Numbered from the stretch's first letter, positions 46,137-57,826 are shown. The stretch is DNA of 64,000 nucleotides from Polyangiales bacterium (GCA_045106895.1 JBGCFM010000024.1:1-64000); one strand, 5' to 3'. The notes: a model not told the origin generated them from the letters alone. Made by a program: numbers and translations.

Positions 46137-46639
46137 CCTCTCAAGTCGATGGGTTCACCGCCGGAGGACGTCACCGCGACCCACCACACCGCCGAGTGCA
46201 CGTCGCCTTCTTCCACGGGCACGCGCACATCCAGGAACTCTTGGGACACGAGCAGCTCGATCTTCACGCAGCCCGAGTCACCCAAGAAGCCGACCTGCAC
46301 ACGAATGGTGGTGCTGCGCTCGACGGACTCGGTCATCGTCGGCGAGATGGTGTTGTTCAGCTGTTGCGGGACGAAAATCGACGTGCCGTCGCGGCGGATG
46401 ACGAAGACCTGGGTTTGAAGCCGGGTTTTGACGTTTGCGTCCCGAATGATGACGTCGAACTCAAGGTCCTCGGTGACCTCATCCCGGTTGATCTGGACGA
46501 TGCGGTTGAGCGGATAGACCGCGTCCGGCGTGCTCACCACCGACGACGGGTAGTTCCGCGGCTGGGTGTTGTCGATGGAGTCCGTGACGAGGCAGCTCAT
46601 GAGGGTCGTTGACGCGATCGCGAAGGTGATGATTCGCAT
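46124..46639 (-). CDS. hypothetical lipoprotein
   Basis: Lipobox LMSC; GAAGGA SD-like sequence before ATG 46639; overlaps the next gene. Confidence 0.65.
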   Translation of the reverse strand: MRIITFAIASTTLMSCLVTDSIDNTQPRNYPSSVVSTPDAVYPLNRIVQINRDEVTEDLEFDVIIRDANVKTRLQTQVFVIRRDGTSIFVPQQLNNTISPTMTESVERSTTIRVQVGFLGDSGCVKIELLVSQEFLDVRVPVEEGDVHSAVWWVAVTSSGGEPIDLRGCTQ

Positions 46640-46654
46640 CGTCCTTCTGATGGT

Positions 46655-46670
46655 TGCAACCCGCATGCCG
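46655..46670 (-). promoter_or_regulatory. sigma54 (-24/-12) promoter
   Basis: Minus strand CGGCATGCGGGTTGCA = GG-N10-GC with GGCA and TTGC elements; next to a sigma54 activator gene. Confidence 0.65.
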
Positions 46671-46860
46671 ACCGAAGCCTACTCATAGACCACGCAAAGG
46701 ATCGACGTTTTTGCGTGATCTGGTGATCTGAGGGCGAATTAGCGAGGCCGGGCCCCTACGGACCCTGACATTCCTGTCCGGGCCACGGCATCGGCACACA
46801 CTCGGGTCAACTCGACTGAATTGCGTCCAGCGTCGACGATTTCCAGTTAGGCTGCGCGTC

Positions 46861-48660
46861 ATGCCGAACCTCAAATGGATCGTGCCCGAAGGCCGCCCCC
46901 TCGCCTTCCCTGTCTATAAGACCATCACGACCATCGGTCGTGCTGCGACGAACGACGTGTCTATCACCGAGTCGTCGGTCTCTGATTTCCACGCTCAGCT
47001 CGTCTTCGACGGTCGAGACTTCAACCTGTCCGAAGCGGACGGCGACGGAACGATTCAGGTCAACGGCAAGAAGAAGCGTCGCACGAAGATCTTCCACAAC
47101 GACCGACTGCTCCTCGGCGACGTCGAGCTGACCTTCTCGATCTACGACGAAGTCATCGAGAACACATCTGGAGATCCCGCCGGCGCCGAGCTCGCGGGCA
47201 TGGTCAAGCTCAGCGAGTTCAACCGGAAGCTCTTGGAGATCCGTTCCGTCCCGGACCAGATTCGCGCGCTCCTCGACGCCGTCATCGACGTGACCTCCGC
47301 CGCCAAGGGTTTCGTGATCTTGCTCGAGAACGGCGAACCCCGCGTCGCCGCCGCACGGAACGTCGAAGGCAGTGACGTCGAGCGAGACGCCACGCACCTC
47401 TCCGACAGCATCATCCAGCAGTGCATCGAGAGTCGCCAGCCGCTCATCGTGAGTGACGCGTTGAACGACACGATGTTCAAGACGAGCAAGAGCGTCATGA
47501 GCCTGAAGCTCTGCTCCGTGATGGTCGCGCCGCTGATCTCCCAGGGCCAAATCCTAGGTCTCATCTACGTCGGGAACGACAACGTGGTGAGCCTCTTTGA
47601 GGAGTCGTCGCTGGACGTTCTGACGATCTTCGCGGGTCAGGCGTCGCTGATTCTTCAGAACGCGATCCTCCTCGACGAGCTTCAGCTCGACAAAAAGCGA
47701 ATGAAAGCAGCACTCGATGATCGCCGCTTTGGTGACATCATCGGTTCCTGCCCGAGCCTCCTTGATGTGTTCTCCAAGGTGGAGAAGGTCGCTGGCACAG
47801 ACATCAGCGTGCTCATCACCGGCGAAACGGGCACCGGCAAGGAGCTCATCGCCCGCGAACTACACCGTCGCTCGGGCCGCGCAAAGGGTCCCTTCGTGGT
47901 CGTCAATTGCGGCGCGATCCCCGAGAACCTCATGGAGTCGGAGCTCTTCGGCCACGTACGTGGTGCGTTCACCGGAGCTGTTGCGACGCGCACGGGCAAG
48001 TTCCAACAGGCCGACGGCGGCACGCTCTTCCTCGACGAGATCGGCGAGATGCCGCTCTCTCTCCAGGTGAAACTTCTCCGCGCGCTTCAGGAGCGCGTCG
48101 TCATGAAGGTCGGCGACAGCAAGGCGGAGAAGGTCAACATTCGAATCGTCGCCGCGACGAACCGTGACCTGGAAGTCGAGATTCGTGAGTCACGTTTCCG
48201 CGAAGACCTCTTCTACCGACTCAACGTCGTGAACCTTCATTTGCCCCCGCTTCGCGAGCGAGGCGACGACGTCACGGTCATCGCCAAGTACCTCCTCAAC
48301 AAACACGCTGGTGAGTACCAGGTCAACGTGAAGGGCTTCACGCCGGGCGCCATGGCGGCGATGCGCAAGTACACCTGGCCCGGCAACGTCCGGCAGCTGG
48401 AAAACCGCATCAAGAAGGCGCTGGTGCTCGCGGACAAGACCCTCGTCGGGCCGGAAGACATCGACCTGAGCGTCGACTCTTTGCCGTCCATCGCTCCCCT
48501 CGCCGAGGCGCGCGAGGACTTCACGCGAAAGTACATCTTGGATGTCCTCGAGCAGAACAACGGGAACCGAACCAAGACCGCTCGGGATCTTGGCGTCGAT
48601 CCACGTACCGTCTTTCGTTACCTCGAACGGGAGCCAGACGCCCCCGAACCAGGCGGCTGA
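46861..48660 (+). CDS. sigma54-dependent enhancer-binding protein with FHA and GAF domains
   Basis: FHA IGRA...SVSDFHA, GAF, GETGTGKE, ESELFGH..GAFTGA, Fis HTH. Confidence 0.93.
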   Translation: MPNLKWIVPEGRPLAFPVYKTITTIGRAATNDVSITESSVSDFHAQLVFDGRDFNLSEADGDGTIQVNGKKKRRTKIFHNDRLLLGDVELTFSIYDEVIENTSGDPAGAELAGMVKLSEFNRKLLEIRSVPDQIRALLDAVIDVTSAAKGFVILLENGEPRVAAARNVEGSDVERDATHLSDSIIQQCIESRQPLIVSDALNDTMFKTSKSVMSLKLCSVMVAPLISQGQILGLIYVGNDNVVSLFEESSLDVLTIFAGQASLILQNAILLDELQLDKKRMKAALDDRRFGDIIGSCPSLLDVFSKVEKVAGTDISVLITGETGTGKELIARELHRRSGRAKGPFVVVNCGAIPENLMESELFGHVRGAFTGAVATRTGKFQQADGGTLFLDEIGEMPLSLQVKLLRALQERVVMKVGDSKAEKVNIRIVAATNRDLEVEIRESRFREDLFYRLNVVNLHLPPLRERGDDVTVIAKYLLNKHAGEYQVNVKGFTPGAMAAMRKYTWPGNVRQLENRIKKALVLADKTLVGPEDIDLSVDSLPSIAPLAEAREDFTRKYILDVLEQNNGNRTKTARDLGVDPRTVFRYLEREPDAPEPGG

Positions 48661-48687
48661 TCGCCCCTAAATGACGGGTCGAGGATC

Positions 48688-49692
48688 ATGAGCGCAGTTC
48701 TCGCGTACGAGAATATCCAGAAGCACTACGGCGACTACAAAGCCCTCGGCGATGTGTCCCTTGAGGTGCACCCTGGCGAAGTGTTCGGGCTCCTCGGACC
48801 CAACGGCGCAGGCAAGACCACGCTCATCCGCATCGGCCTCGATATTCTGCGGCCCGACAGCGGCAAGGTGACGCTCTTCGGCAAGCCCCTCGACCGAAAC
48901 GCCCTCTCGCGGGTCTCATACCTTCCGGAAGAGCGCGGTCTCTACAAGAAGACCGGCGTCGTGGACATGCTCATCTACCTCGGGGTTCTTAAGGGAATGC
49001 CGCGCAAACAAGCGAAAGAGCGAGCGCTCGTTTGGCTGGGTCGCCTCGGCCTCGGCGAAGCTGTGGACAAGACCATCGATGCCCTCTCCAAAGGCATGAC
49101 GCAGAAAGTGCAGCTTATCGGCGCGCTCTTTGGCGAGCCGGAGATGTGCATTCTGGATGAGCCCTTCAGCGGCCTCGACCCTGCGGCGACGGCGCTCGTC
49201 AAAGAGCTCATCAGCGAACGTCGCCAGAACGGCCTGTCGACGATTTTGAGCACGCACATGATGAACCAGGTGGAGGCGGTGTGTGATCGCGTGGGGGTCA
49301 TCCACGCCGGCGAACGCGTCGTCTACGGACCTATCGACGAGGTGCGCCAAGAGCACTCGTTGCCGGAGCTCTTTCTCCGCACGGATGCTGCGCCGCCGGA
49401 CATCGACGATGCGACGGTCCGCGAAGAAGACGGCGGCTACGTGGTGACCCTTGAAGGTTCGCTGCTAGCGCCGGACTACCTGAGCGCCATCGTCGGCAAG
49501 GGCGCCCGCGTTCAGCACATGGAACCTCGCGTGGCGACGATGGAAGAGATCTTCCTGCGCGTCACCGGCGAAGCGCTCCCCAGCGCGGCGTCCTCTTCAA
49601 CGGCGTCCCCTTCAACAGCGTCCCCTTCAACAGCGTCCCCTTCAGCAGCGTCCCCTTCAGCAGCGTCCGAGACAGACGAGGAGAGCTCGTGA
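48688..49692 (+). CDS. ABC-2 type transporter ATP-binding protein (NatA-like)
   Basis: GPNGAGKT, LSKGM, LDEPFSGLD, STH. Confidence 0.92.
   Translation: MSAVLAYENIQKHYGDYKALGDVSLEVHPGEVFGLLGPNGAGKTTLIRIGLDILRPDSGKVTLFGKPLDRNALSRVSYLPEERGLYKKTGVVDMLIYLGVLKGMPRKQAKERALVWLGRLGLGEAVDKTIDALSKGMTQKVQLIGALFGEPEMCILDEPFSGLDPAATALVKELISERRQNGLSTILSTHMMNQVEAVCDRVGVIHAGERVVYGPIDEVRQEHSLPELFLRTDAAPPDIDDATVREEDGGYVVTLEGSLLAPDYLSAIVGKGARVQHMEPRVATMEEIFLRVTGEALPSAASSSTASPSTASPSTASPSAASPSAASETDEESS
49588..49668 (+). repeat. 15-bp coding tandem repeat, ~5.4 copies (ASPST/ASPSA)
   Basis: GCGTCCCCTTCAACA units. Confidence 0.92.
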
Positions 49693-51026
49693 TTCGCGCC
49701 TCCAAAGTCCGCGCCGTGGCTCGCTTTGAGTTTGGCACCGCCGTCCGACGCAAAGCGTTCATCCTCGTCACTTTCGGGCTGCCTATCTTCTTTGCGTCGG
49801 TGGGCGGTGGCCTCGGCGTCATTCAAACGAAGTTCCTCGTCGACCAGATGAACATCGTGGGCGTCGCCGGCGTGGTGGACGAGAGCGGCGTTCTCGCGGA
49901 CGAGCCAATCTGGGAAGAGGTCTCGGAACTCGACGATGAGCACCGGACCCTCACGGAATCACGGGGCGTCACGACGCCCGTTCTCGGCGTGGAGAAGACC
50001 GTCTTCGCGCTCTACGCGGACCGCGACGCTGCCATCGCCGCGGTGTTGGATGAGACCCTCGACCAGGGAGCGTACGTCATCCCGGATGACTACATCGCCA
50101 CCGGAACGGTGCTCTTCTACGACCGCGACGCCACCGGCGCGATGGGCGCCGCGCGTCGCGCCACCGTCGACCCGGCGCTTGCCCGCCTCATCCGTGATCG
50201 AATCCTGCGCAACGTTGCGTCCGACGAGATCCGGGAGCGCATCCTCTCGCCTTTGGACATCGAGGGAGTCGTCGTCTCGCCCGGTGGCGCCGAACGAAGC
50301 GACGACAAACGCTCCCTCGAGACCCTCTTTCGCGTGGGCGTGCCTTTCTTCCTGGGCATGTTCCTCCTCACCGCGCTCCTCTTCTCCAGCGGATACCTCG
50401 TCCAGACGGTGGCCCTCGACAAAGAGAGCAAGATCATCGAAGTGCTCCTCAGCTCGGCGGACCCGGATGAGATCCTCCTCGGAAAGCTCCTAGGCCTTGG
50501 AGGTGCGGGATTACTCCAGTTCTTCGTCTGGAGCGGCATGGTGCTTCTCGGCGCCAGCAGCGCAGCCCAAACGCTCACGGCGCTGGAGATCGAATTGCCG
50601 TGGCTCGCGCTCTCGTTTGCCCCGGTTCTCTTCGTCCTCGGCTACCTCTTCATCGGCAGCCTGATGCTCGCCACGGGCAGCCTCGGCAGCGGCATCGCCG
50701 AGAGCCAGAAGCTGACCATGGGCTGGGCGCTCCTCGCGCTCGCGCCGATGTTTGTCCTCGTGATGCTCATCGAAGAGCCCGGCGGGACCCTCGCCCGCGT
50801 GATGAGCATCGTGCCCTTCAGCTCGCCGCTCACGCTCATCGTGAGGCTCTCCATCGACCCCGACGGAGTTCCCATCTGGGAGATCATCCTCAGCGTGACG
50901 GTGCTCCTTTTATCGACGTGGGCAGCTATCCGCCTCGGCGCGCGCCTCTTCCGCCTCGGTATCCTGATGACGGGTTCGCGGCCATCCTGGCGAGAGATCG
51001 CCCGGCAAATGCGCCTGGACCGCTAG
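49689..51026 (+). CDS. ABC-2 type permease (NatB-like)
   Basis: N-terminal TM, large periplasmic loop, DKESKIIEVLLSS...GKLLG, multiple C-terminal TMs. Confidence 0.88.
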   Translation: MIRASKVRAVARFEFGTAVRRKAFILVTFGLPIFFASVGGGLGVIQTKFLVDQMNIVGVAGVVDESGVLADEPIWEEVSELDDEHRTLTESRGVTTPVLGVEKTVFALYADRDAAIAAVLDETLDQGAYVIPDDYIATGTVLFYDRDATGAMGAARRATVDPALARLIRDRILRNVASDEIRERILSPLDIEGVVVSPGGAERSDDKRSLETLFRVGVPFFLGMFLLTALLFSSGYLVQTVALDKESKIIEVLLSSADPDEILLGKLLGLGGAGLLQFFVWSGMVLLGASSAAQTLTALEIELPWLALSFAPVLFVLGYLFIGSLMLATGSLGSGIAESQKLTMGWALLALAPMFVLVMLIEEPGGTLARVMSIVPFSSPLTLIVRLSIDPDGVPIWEIILSVTVLLLSTWAAIRLGARLFRLGILMTGSRPSWREIARQMRLDR

Positions 51027-51673
51027 ACCTTCAAGGACTCGCCGGGTTTCGCTTCGTCCCCTTCAAAGTCCCAGCAGAGCACTTCGTCCGCTTCGACGTC
51101 CAAGAGGATGAATCCCGGGGGCTCATGGTCTCCGCCATGCTCCACGAGGGTCCCGGCGTTGATCACCGTTAGACCTTCGAAGGTGCGGACCATGCGCTGG
51201 TGGGTGTGGCCACCGAGCATGAAGCGAAGGCTCGTGTCGAGGAGCAGTGGACGCAGCGAAGAGATGACGGCCTGAAGCGCGTAGCCGCGGGTGTCCGGAC
51301 GTAGGTTGGCCATGTCGTCCTCGCCCACGCCGTGGCAAACGAGCAAACCACCCTTGGGCGTCTCGAAGCGACGCGTCGGAGGCAGCGCTCTCAGAAACGA
51401 GCGCGAGGTCTCGTCGGTCTCGAGCGTCGCGCCTTTGAGCTCGCGCATTTCGCCGGTCAAAAACCAGCGCTCGTGGTTGCCTGCGATGGTCTGCACGTCG
51501 TGGGCTTTCAGGAGTTCGACGCAGCGCTCGAGGCTGCCGCGTCCATCGACGATGTCGCCAACTTGTATGAGCGTGTCCGCGCCGGCTTCCATGAGCGTGG
51601 TGATACTCGTCTCGAGTCGCCCATCTTCACAGTGAACGTCTCCGATCACTCCCCACCGAATGCCCTTCCCCAC
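51023..51673 (-). CDS. metallophosphoesterase (calcineurin-like)
   Basis: GDVH, GDIVD, GNHE, CHG, GHTH. Confidence 0.9.
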   Translation of the reverse strand: MGKGIRWGVIGDVHCEDGRLETSITTLMEAGADTLIQVGDIVDGRGSLERCVELLKAHDVQTIAGNHERWFLTGEMRELKGATLETDETSRSFLRALPPTRRFETPKGGLLVCHGVGEDDMANLRPDTRGYALQAVISSLRPLLLDTSLRFMLGGHTHQRMVRTFEGLTVINAGTLVEHGGDHEPPGFILLDVEADEVLCWDFEGDEAKPGESLKV

Positions 51674-51770
51674 TTGGCCATTCTATACGCCGCGCGGGCT
51701 TCTCGACGAGATTTCGTTCCCCAAGAGGGATCGCCTCCGGGAGCGTCTGGCCCCTGCTATGCTTCCACCC

Positions 51771-52751
51771 ATGCCCCGTTTCACCCTCGTCGCGCTCGTC
51801 TTCGCCCTCGCCTGCGGAGATGACTCCACGCTCCCCGTCATGGACAGCGGGGCGTCCGACGCTGGAACCGATGCTTCGAGCCGCGACGCCGCGACGAGCG
51901 ATGGAGGCGGCGATGTGGGCCCGGACGCCGGCCCCATGGAAGACGCCGGCCCCGACGCTTCCGAACCGGATGCAGGCCCCGTCATCCTGACGCCCCGCGT
52001 TCCGGAACCCGAAGGCGCATGCCCCGACTTTATGACCAACGGCGCGCGCGTCGGCGGGCTCTCCATCGAGTTCGTTGCAGGCGAACCCACGGACGTGCCC
52101 GGCCCTCTCCTCGTCGCTTGGCACGGCACCGGGGGAAGCGGACGTCAGATGCTCAGCGGCATTCCTCAATCGGTTCGGCGGAGCATCGTCGAACAAGGCG
52201 GGATCATCGTGGCACCGAGCGACAACGGAAGGGCACGTGAAGGCGCGTCCCCGAATGGCGTCTGGTACGAGACATCGGACCTCGTCCTCGTCGACCAGCT
52301 CGTCGCCTGCGCCGTTGCCGAGCACAACATAGATCCTGCTCGCATCCACGTCACGGGCTGCAGCGCAGGCGGACTCATGGCCGGCGCCATGGCGGCGGAC
52401 CGTTCAAACTACGTGGCGTCCGCGCTCCTGGAGTCCGGCGGCTTGCTCGGACCTCGTCCCCTTCAGAACCCGGCGTACGCTCCCGCGGTCATCTCGAACC
52501 ATGGTGGCGCACGCGACGTCGTGGTCATCCCTTTCGAGTCTACGAGCGCAGAGCTCAACGACCTCGTCGTGGAGAACGGCGGTTTCGCCGTCGATTGCAA
52601 CCACGGCATCGGCCACTGCCGTTCGCCCGCCGACCTCATCGAGCGCGGCTGGGACTTCTTGGAAGCCCACCCCTACGGCACAAGCCGTCCGTATAGCGAG
52701 GGGCTCCCCGACGACTTCCCAAGCTACTGCTCCATTTGGCCCGCCGAATAG
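51771..52751 (+). CDS. secreted alpha/beta-hydrolase lipoprotein (PHB depolymerase/esterase-like)
   Basis: Lipobox ALAC, DAG linker, WHGTG, IDPARIHVTGCSAGG, HG..D.V, GH. Confidence 0.8.
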   Translation: MPRFTLVALVFALACGDDSTLPVMDSGASDAGTDASSRDAATSDGGGDVGPDAGPMEDAGPDASEPDAGPVILTPRVPEPEGACPDFMTNGARVGGLSIEFVAGEPTDVPGPLLVAWHGTGGSGRQMLSGIPQSVRRSIVEQGGIIVAPSDNGRAREGASPNGVWYETSDLVLVDQLVACAVAEHNIDPARIHVTGCSAGGLMAGAMAADRSNYVASALLESGGLLGPRPLQNPAYAPAVISNHGGARDVVVIPFESTSAELNDLVVENGGFAVDCNHGIGHCRSPADLIERGWDFLEAHPYGTSRPYSEGLPDDFPSYCSIWPAE

Positions 52752-52794
52752 CGCGGTTTTCATAGCGAGATTGAAGCGCGGCCTCGTATCATAG

Positions 52795-54330
52795 ATGGAC
52801 AACTCAGCCCCAGAAGCTCTGAAGCAGCTCGCAATGTCGCTCGAAGATGCGGTCATCGCCGGAAACGAAGACGAGCTAACGAAGCTCACGCTTCGCGCCA
52901 TGCGGGCGGCGGATACGGCGAGGCAACTTTGGGCCGTCGCCACGCTCGGGCCACTGAAGGAGGCGACGCTTGGAGAGGATGTGTTCCCGCCCGTGGTCCT
53001 CGATTGCGTTGTTGAACGAGCACTGACGTTCACAAAGTCAGCAGACCGAGCGAGTGCCATCAGCCTTGCGGCACGAATGACCACGTTCTCCCCCGTGGCT
53101 CTCGTGGACAAAGACGCTTCTATTGATGACAAGCCGAGCCTCCTCGACGCCCTGAAGAAACACCGAGACAAGTTCTGCGCGGAGCTTTCCTCGTCGCAGG
53201 CCTCGGTGCGAGCGGCGGCTGCGCTGACCCTTGGACGCTGCGGGCACAAGGGTGACGCCGACCTACTCATGCTCAAGTTCGGTTCCGGCGCCGAAGCCGG
53301 CGCGCGCCTCGTCGCAGCTGCCGCGCTGGGAGCTAGCGTGTCGGAGCAAGCAGAGCGCTTCTTGGCCGACAAGAACCTCGTCACCCGAACATGCGCTGCA
53401 TGCGCCATTGGCCTGGTGTCCGAGCTAGACGGAGAAGCCTGCGACGTGCTCGCTGACGCCATGGTGTCCAAACAGAAGCTGCCATCCACCTGGGGCTGGC
53501 GATGGCGCTTCGGGACCTCTGCCCACACGGGAACCATGGCCGCCACGCTACTTCGCCATTCGAAAGTGAGCGAGCCCTCACGAATCGTCGACGCACTCTC
53601 AGGCCTCGAGGAGCTTGACCAAGCTTCCGCGGACGTTCTCGGACGACTTGCCTTCGCGTCTCCTCCGAAACTCGGCGTGACGATGGAAGACCTTGATGAC
53701 GCTGGTCGGAATGCACTCCGTGCACTCTGCCGAGTAGAACGAGGCGTACAGGTGCGAAGCACAGTGCATCGTTTGGGTCTGCCGAGCGTGCGGCACATCG
53801 AAGAACTCATCGACGAGCATCCGCCTTTCTTCGCAACGACGAATGTCCTCGTGGGTGGCCAGGCAAAGCGGTGGCATGTCGCTCGGGTTTGGCGCGAATG
53901 TGCGCGCAAGAACGTACCCCACGAAGATGCCCTTGCAGCGATCTCGGCAGTGCTCTCTGAGGCTCAGGTGTACGAAGCACTGGTCCTCGCCCAGGCGCAC
54001 ATCGGTTTCGCAACGCGCACTCCAGAAGACCAGGAACGCTCCCTCGAGCTTGTGGTTAGCTTGTTCGAAGGACTGAAAGGCAAGAACTTCCCTCTCCGTC
54101 AAAAGCTAGGAAAAGCCTTGGCGAGGCGGGGGCGCGGTCTCTACAGATTACACCTCGCCGTTGGGGCCCTCGTCGCGTTTGGCGCTGAGCTGCCGTCGGA
54201 GTTTGACGAGGTTCTGGCAATGGGCCTCGTGCTCACACAAGCGAAGCAACCCGTGGGCCGATTGCTCGCTGCGTTGGACGACGAGCGGCGGGCAGAGATT
54301 GGGTCCGACGTCGAATCACGGCGCGTCTAG
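52795..54330 (+). CDS. hypothetical alpha-helical (HEAT-repeat-like) protein
   Basis: VRAAAALTLG, ARLVAAAALG, TRTCAACAIG repeats. Confidence 0.55.
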   Translation: MDNSAPEALKQLAMSLEDAVIAGNEDELTKLTLRAMRAADTARQLWAVATLGPLKEATLGEDVFPPVVLDCVVERALTFTKSADRASAISLAARMTTFSPVALVDKDASIDDKPSLLDALKKHRDKFCAELSSSQASVRAAAALTLGRCGHKGDADLLMLKFGSGAEAGARLVAAAALGASVSEQAERFLADKNLVTRTCAACAIGLVSELDGEACDVLADAMVSKQKLPSTWGWRWRFGTSAHTGTMAATLLRHSKVSEPSRIVDALSGLEELDQASADVLGRLAFASPPKLGVTMEDLDDAGRNALRALCRVERGVQVRSTVHRLGLPSVRHIEELIDEHPPFFATTNVLVGGQAKRWHVARVWRECARKNVPHEDALAAISAVLSEAQVYEALVLAQAHIGFATRTPEDQERSLELVVSLFEGLKGKNFPLRQKLGKALARRGRGLYRLHLAVGALVAFGAELPSEFDEVLAMGLVLTQAKQPVGRLLAALDDERRAEIGSDVESRRV

Positions 54331-54372
54331 CAGGATCTGCCGCAATGGGCGGAGTGAATTGAAAAGAAGGGA

Positions 54373-55125
54373 CTAGAGCTTGGGCAGCTGAAACGTCGCT
54401 TTGTCCACGAAGTCCTGCATGGCCGGGATGTTCTGGCGCGTGAAGTCCTCGGTGGAGCCCACCCACCGGATCTTCCCTTCGAAGAGAAAAGCGAAACGGT
54501 CGCTCGTCTCGTAAGCGGCTTTGAGGTTGTGGGTCGCGACGATGGTCGTCACGTCCAGCGTGTCGCGGAGCGCGAGCATCAAGCGATTGACGCGCGTGAC
54601 GTTGATGGGGTCCAGCCCTTCGGTGGGCTCGTCGTAGATCACCGCCTCGGGATGGAGCGCCACGGCGCGGGCCAAGCCCACGCGCTTCTTCATGCCGCCG
54701 GAGAGACTCGCGGGTGCCATCGCTTCAATGCCCGGCAGGCCAACAGCGGTCAGGGACTCCGAGACGCGGGACTCCATGTCTTCTTCTTGCATGGAGCCCA
54801 TCTCACGAAGGCCGTATTTCACGTTGTCCATCACGTCCATGGAGTCGAAGAGCGCGGGTTCCTGAAAGGAGATCCCGACGCGCTTTCGAACGGCGAACCA
54901 GTCTTGTTCCGAGAAGTTCGTGACGTCCTCTCCGTCGAAGATGATCTCGCCTTCATCCGGTTCGATGAGGCCGATGAGCATCTTGAGAAGCACGCTTTTC
55001 CCAGAGCCGGAGAGCCCGATGAGGGTGATGACCTCTCGTTTGTGGATCTCGAGGTCGACGCCAGTGAGCACTTCCAGCCCGTCGAAGGACTTCTTCACGC
55101 CTCGGAGCTGAAAAAGTGGCTTCAT
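54373..55125 (-). CDS. ABC transporter ATP-binding protein, MlaF/Mkl-like
   Basis: GLSGSGKS, FQEPALFDS, LSGGMKKRVGLARA, YDEPT.GLDP. Confidence 0.88.
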   Translation of the reverse strand: MKPLFQLRGVKKSFDGLEVLTGVDLEIHKREVITLIGLSGSGKSVLLKMLIGLIEPDEGEIIFDGEDVTNFSEQDWFAVRKRVGISFQEPALFDSMDVMDNVKYGLREMGSMQEEDMESRVSESLTAVGLPGIEAMAPASLSGGMKKRVGLARAVALHPEAVIYDEPTEGLDPINVTRVNRLMLALRDTLDVTTIVATHNLKAAYETSDRFAFLFEGKIRWVGSTEDFTRQNIPAMQDFVDKATFQLPKL

Positions 55126-55137
55126 CCGGTCTAAAGC

Positions 55138-56478
<1,341 letters not shown>

Positions 56479-56550
56479 CTAGGTCACGCGAACAAGGCCA
56501 GCCGAAAACAACCCGCCAGCTGAAACGAAGTCTTGTGCTAGAAACGCCGC

Positions 56551-56775
56551 ATGGAACTGAGTGAAGACGAGCTGAGCGAGCTGAAGGAAATCTTCGACCA
56601 CTACGACTCCGACAAGAACGGAGTCATCGACCGGAACGAGTTTCGTGCGCTTCTTAAGAGCCTCGACCCGGAGTTCAGCGAGGAAGACGTCCTCATGGGC
56701 CTCAAGGTCCTCGACGAGAACGAGAACGACGTCGTCGATTGGGACGAGTTCGTCGGCTGGTGGGGCTCGCGTTAG
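56551..56775 (+). CDS. EF-hand pair (calmodulin-lobe-like) calcium-binding protein
   Basis: Loops DSDKNGVIDRNE and DENENDVVDWDE. Confidence 0.85.
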   Translation: MELSEDELSELKEIFDHYDSDKNGVIDRNEFRALLKSLDPEFSEEDVLMGLKVLDENENDVVDWDEFVGWWGSR

Positions 56776-56791
56776 CCTCTCCCTGTTCTGC

Positions 56792-57826
56792 TCAAGGGAT
56801 CAGGACGAGCTTGCCCACGGTGTTCCCGGACTCGATATCGCGGTGCGCGCGCGCCACGTCGTCCAAGGGATACTCCGTTGCGGGTGGCGGGACTATCTTC
56901 CCCTCGGCGAGCCACCCCATGATCTCACCCATGGCCTCCACGAGGATGTCGTTCCGGTCGAAGAGGTAGCTGAGGTTGAACGCCAGCACGCTGCGGCTGT
57001 CGTTCGTCATGTCGAGGGGGTTGAAGCGCGGCGTACGAACGTAGTCCGCGGCGAGCTTGAGGTAGTTCGGCCGGCCTCCGACCTTCGGCATCATCGCCGC
57101 GAAACCGTAGACGACGAGCTTTCCAGGCCGGGCGAGGTGCTCGTAGCTCTGCTTGAGCGTTGAGATCCCGTTCGCATCCAGAGCGATGTCGAAGCCGTCC
57201 GGCGCGATGCGCTCCGCCTCCCGCCACAGGTTCTGGGTGGACTTGTCGATGACGTGGTCGCAGCCATGCTCCCGCGCCGTCGCGACCTTGTGGGAGCGGC
57301 CGACAACTCCGGTGACCTTGCAGCCCAGGAGCTTGCCGAGCTGAACCAGGCTACCACCCACGCCACCGGCGGCGGAGTGAACGAGGAGATGGTCCGTGGC
57401 GCGCGGGTTGGCGAGACTTCGGAGCGCGAAGTGCGCCGTCATGAAGACCGCGGGGATCGCCGCGCCCTGGACGAAGGTCATGTCGTCGGGGAGCTCAAAC
57501 ACCTGGTTCCGAGGAACGGCGAGCGTTGAGGAGTAGCCATTAAAGAGAGTGACGGCGAGGACGCGCTGGCCCGGTTCCAGATCTGTGACTTCGGAGCCTA
57601 CGGCGCTGACGGTCCCTGCCACCTCGAAGCCCGGCGTGATGGGCCACCCGACGAGTTCTTTGGCTGAGGCGTAGAGCCCCATGCGAATGATGACATCGGC
57701 GTAGTTGATGCCCGAGGCGTGCACCTTGATGACGACCTCTTCTGGACCTGGCGCGGGCTCGGAGATCGGCGTCACACGGAGCTGTTCATACGAGCCAGCT
57801 CGGTCGATGACGACTTTACGATTCAT
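56792..57826 (-). CDS. medium-chain dehydrogenase/reductase (VAT-1/quinone oxidoreductase-like)
   Basis: GINYAD...GLY, PGFEVAG, HSAAGGVG, GKLVL. Confidence 0.88.
   Translation of the reverse strand: MNRKVVIDRAGSYEQLRVTPISEPAPGPEEVVIKVHASGINYADVIIRMGLYASAKELVGWPITPGFEVAGTVSAVGSEVTDLEPGQRVLAVTLFNGYSSTLAVPRNQVFELPDDMTFVQGAAIPAVFMTAHFALRSLANPRATDHLLVHSAAGGVGGSLVQLGKLLGCKVTGVVGRSHKVATAREHGCDHVIDKSTQNLWREAERIAPDGFDIALDANGISTLKQSYEHLARPGKLVVYGFAAMMPKVGGRPNYLKLAADYVRTPRFNPLDMTNDSRSVLAFNLSYLFDRNDILVEAMGEIMGWLAEGKIVPPPATEYPLDDVARAHRDIESGNTVGKLVLIP

Noticed and set aside
52795..54330. Horizontally acquired islands suggested by visibly more A/T-rich codons here and in bioFD, crtY and the lectin gene
   Set aside because: Impression by eye only, with no mobility genes or flanking repeats; needs a computed GC3/codon analysis
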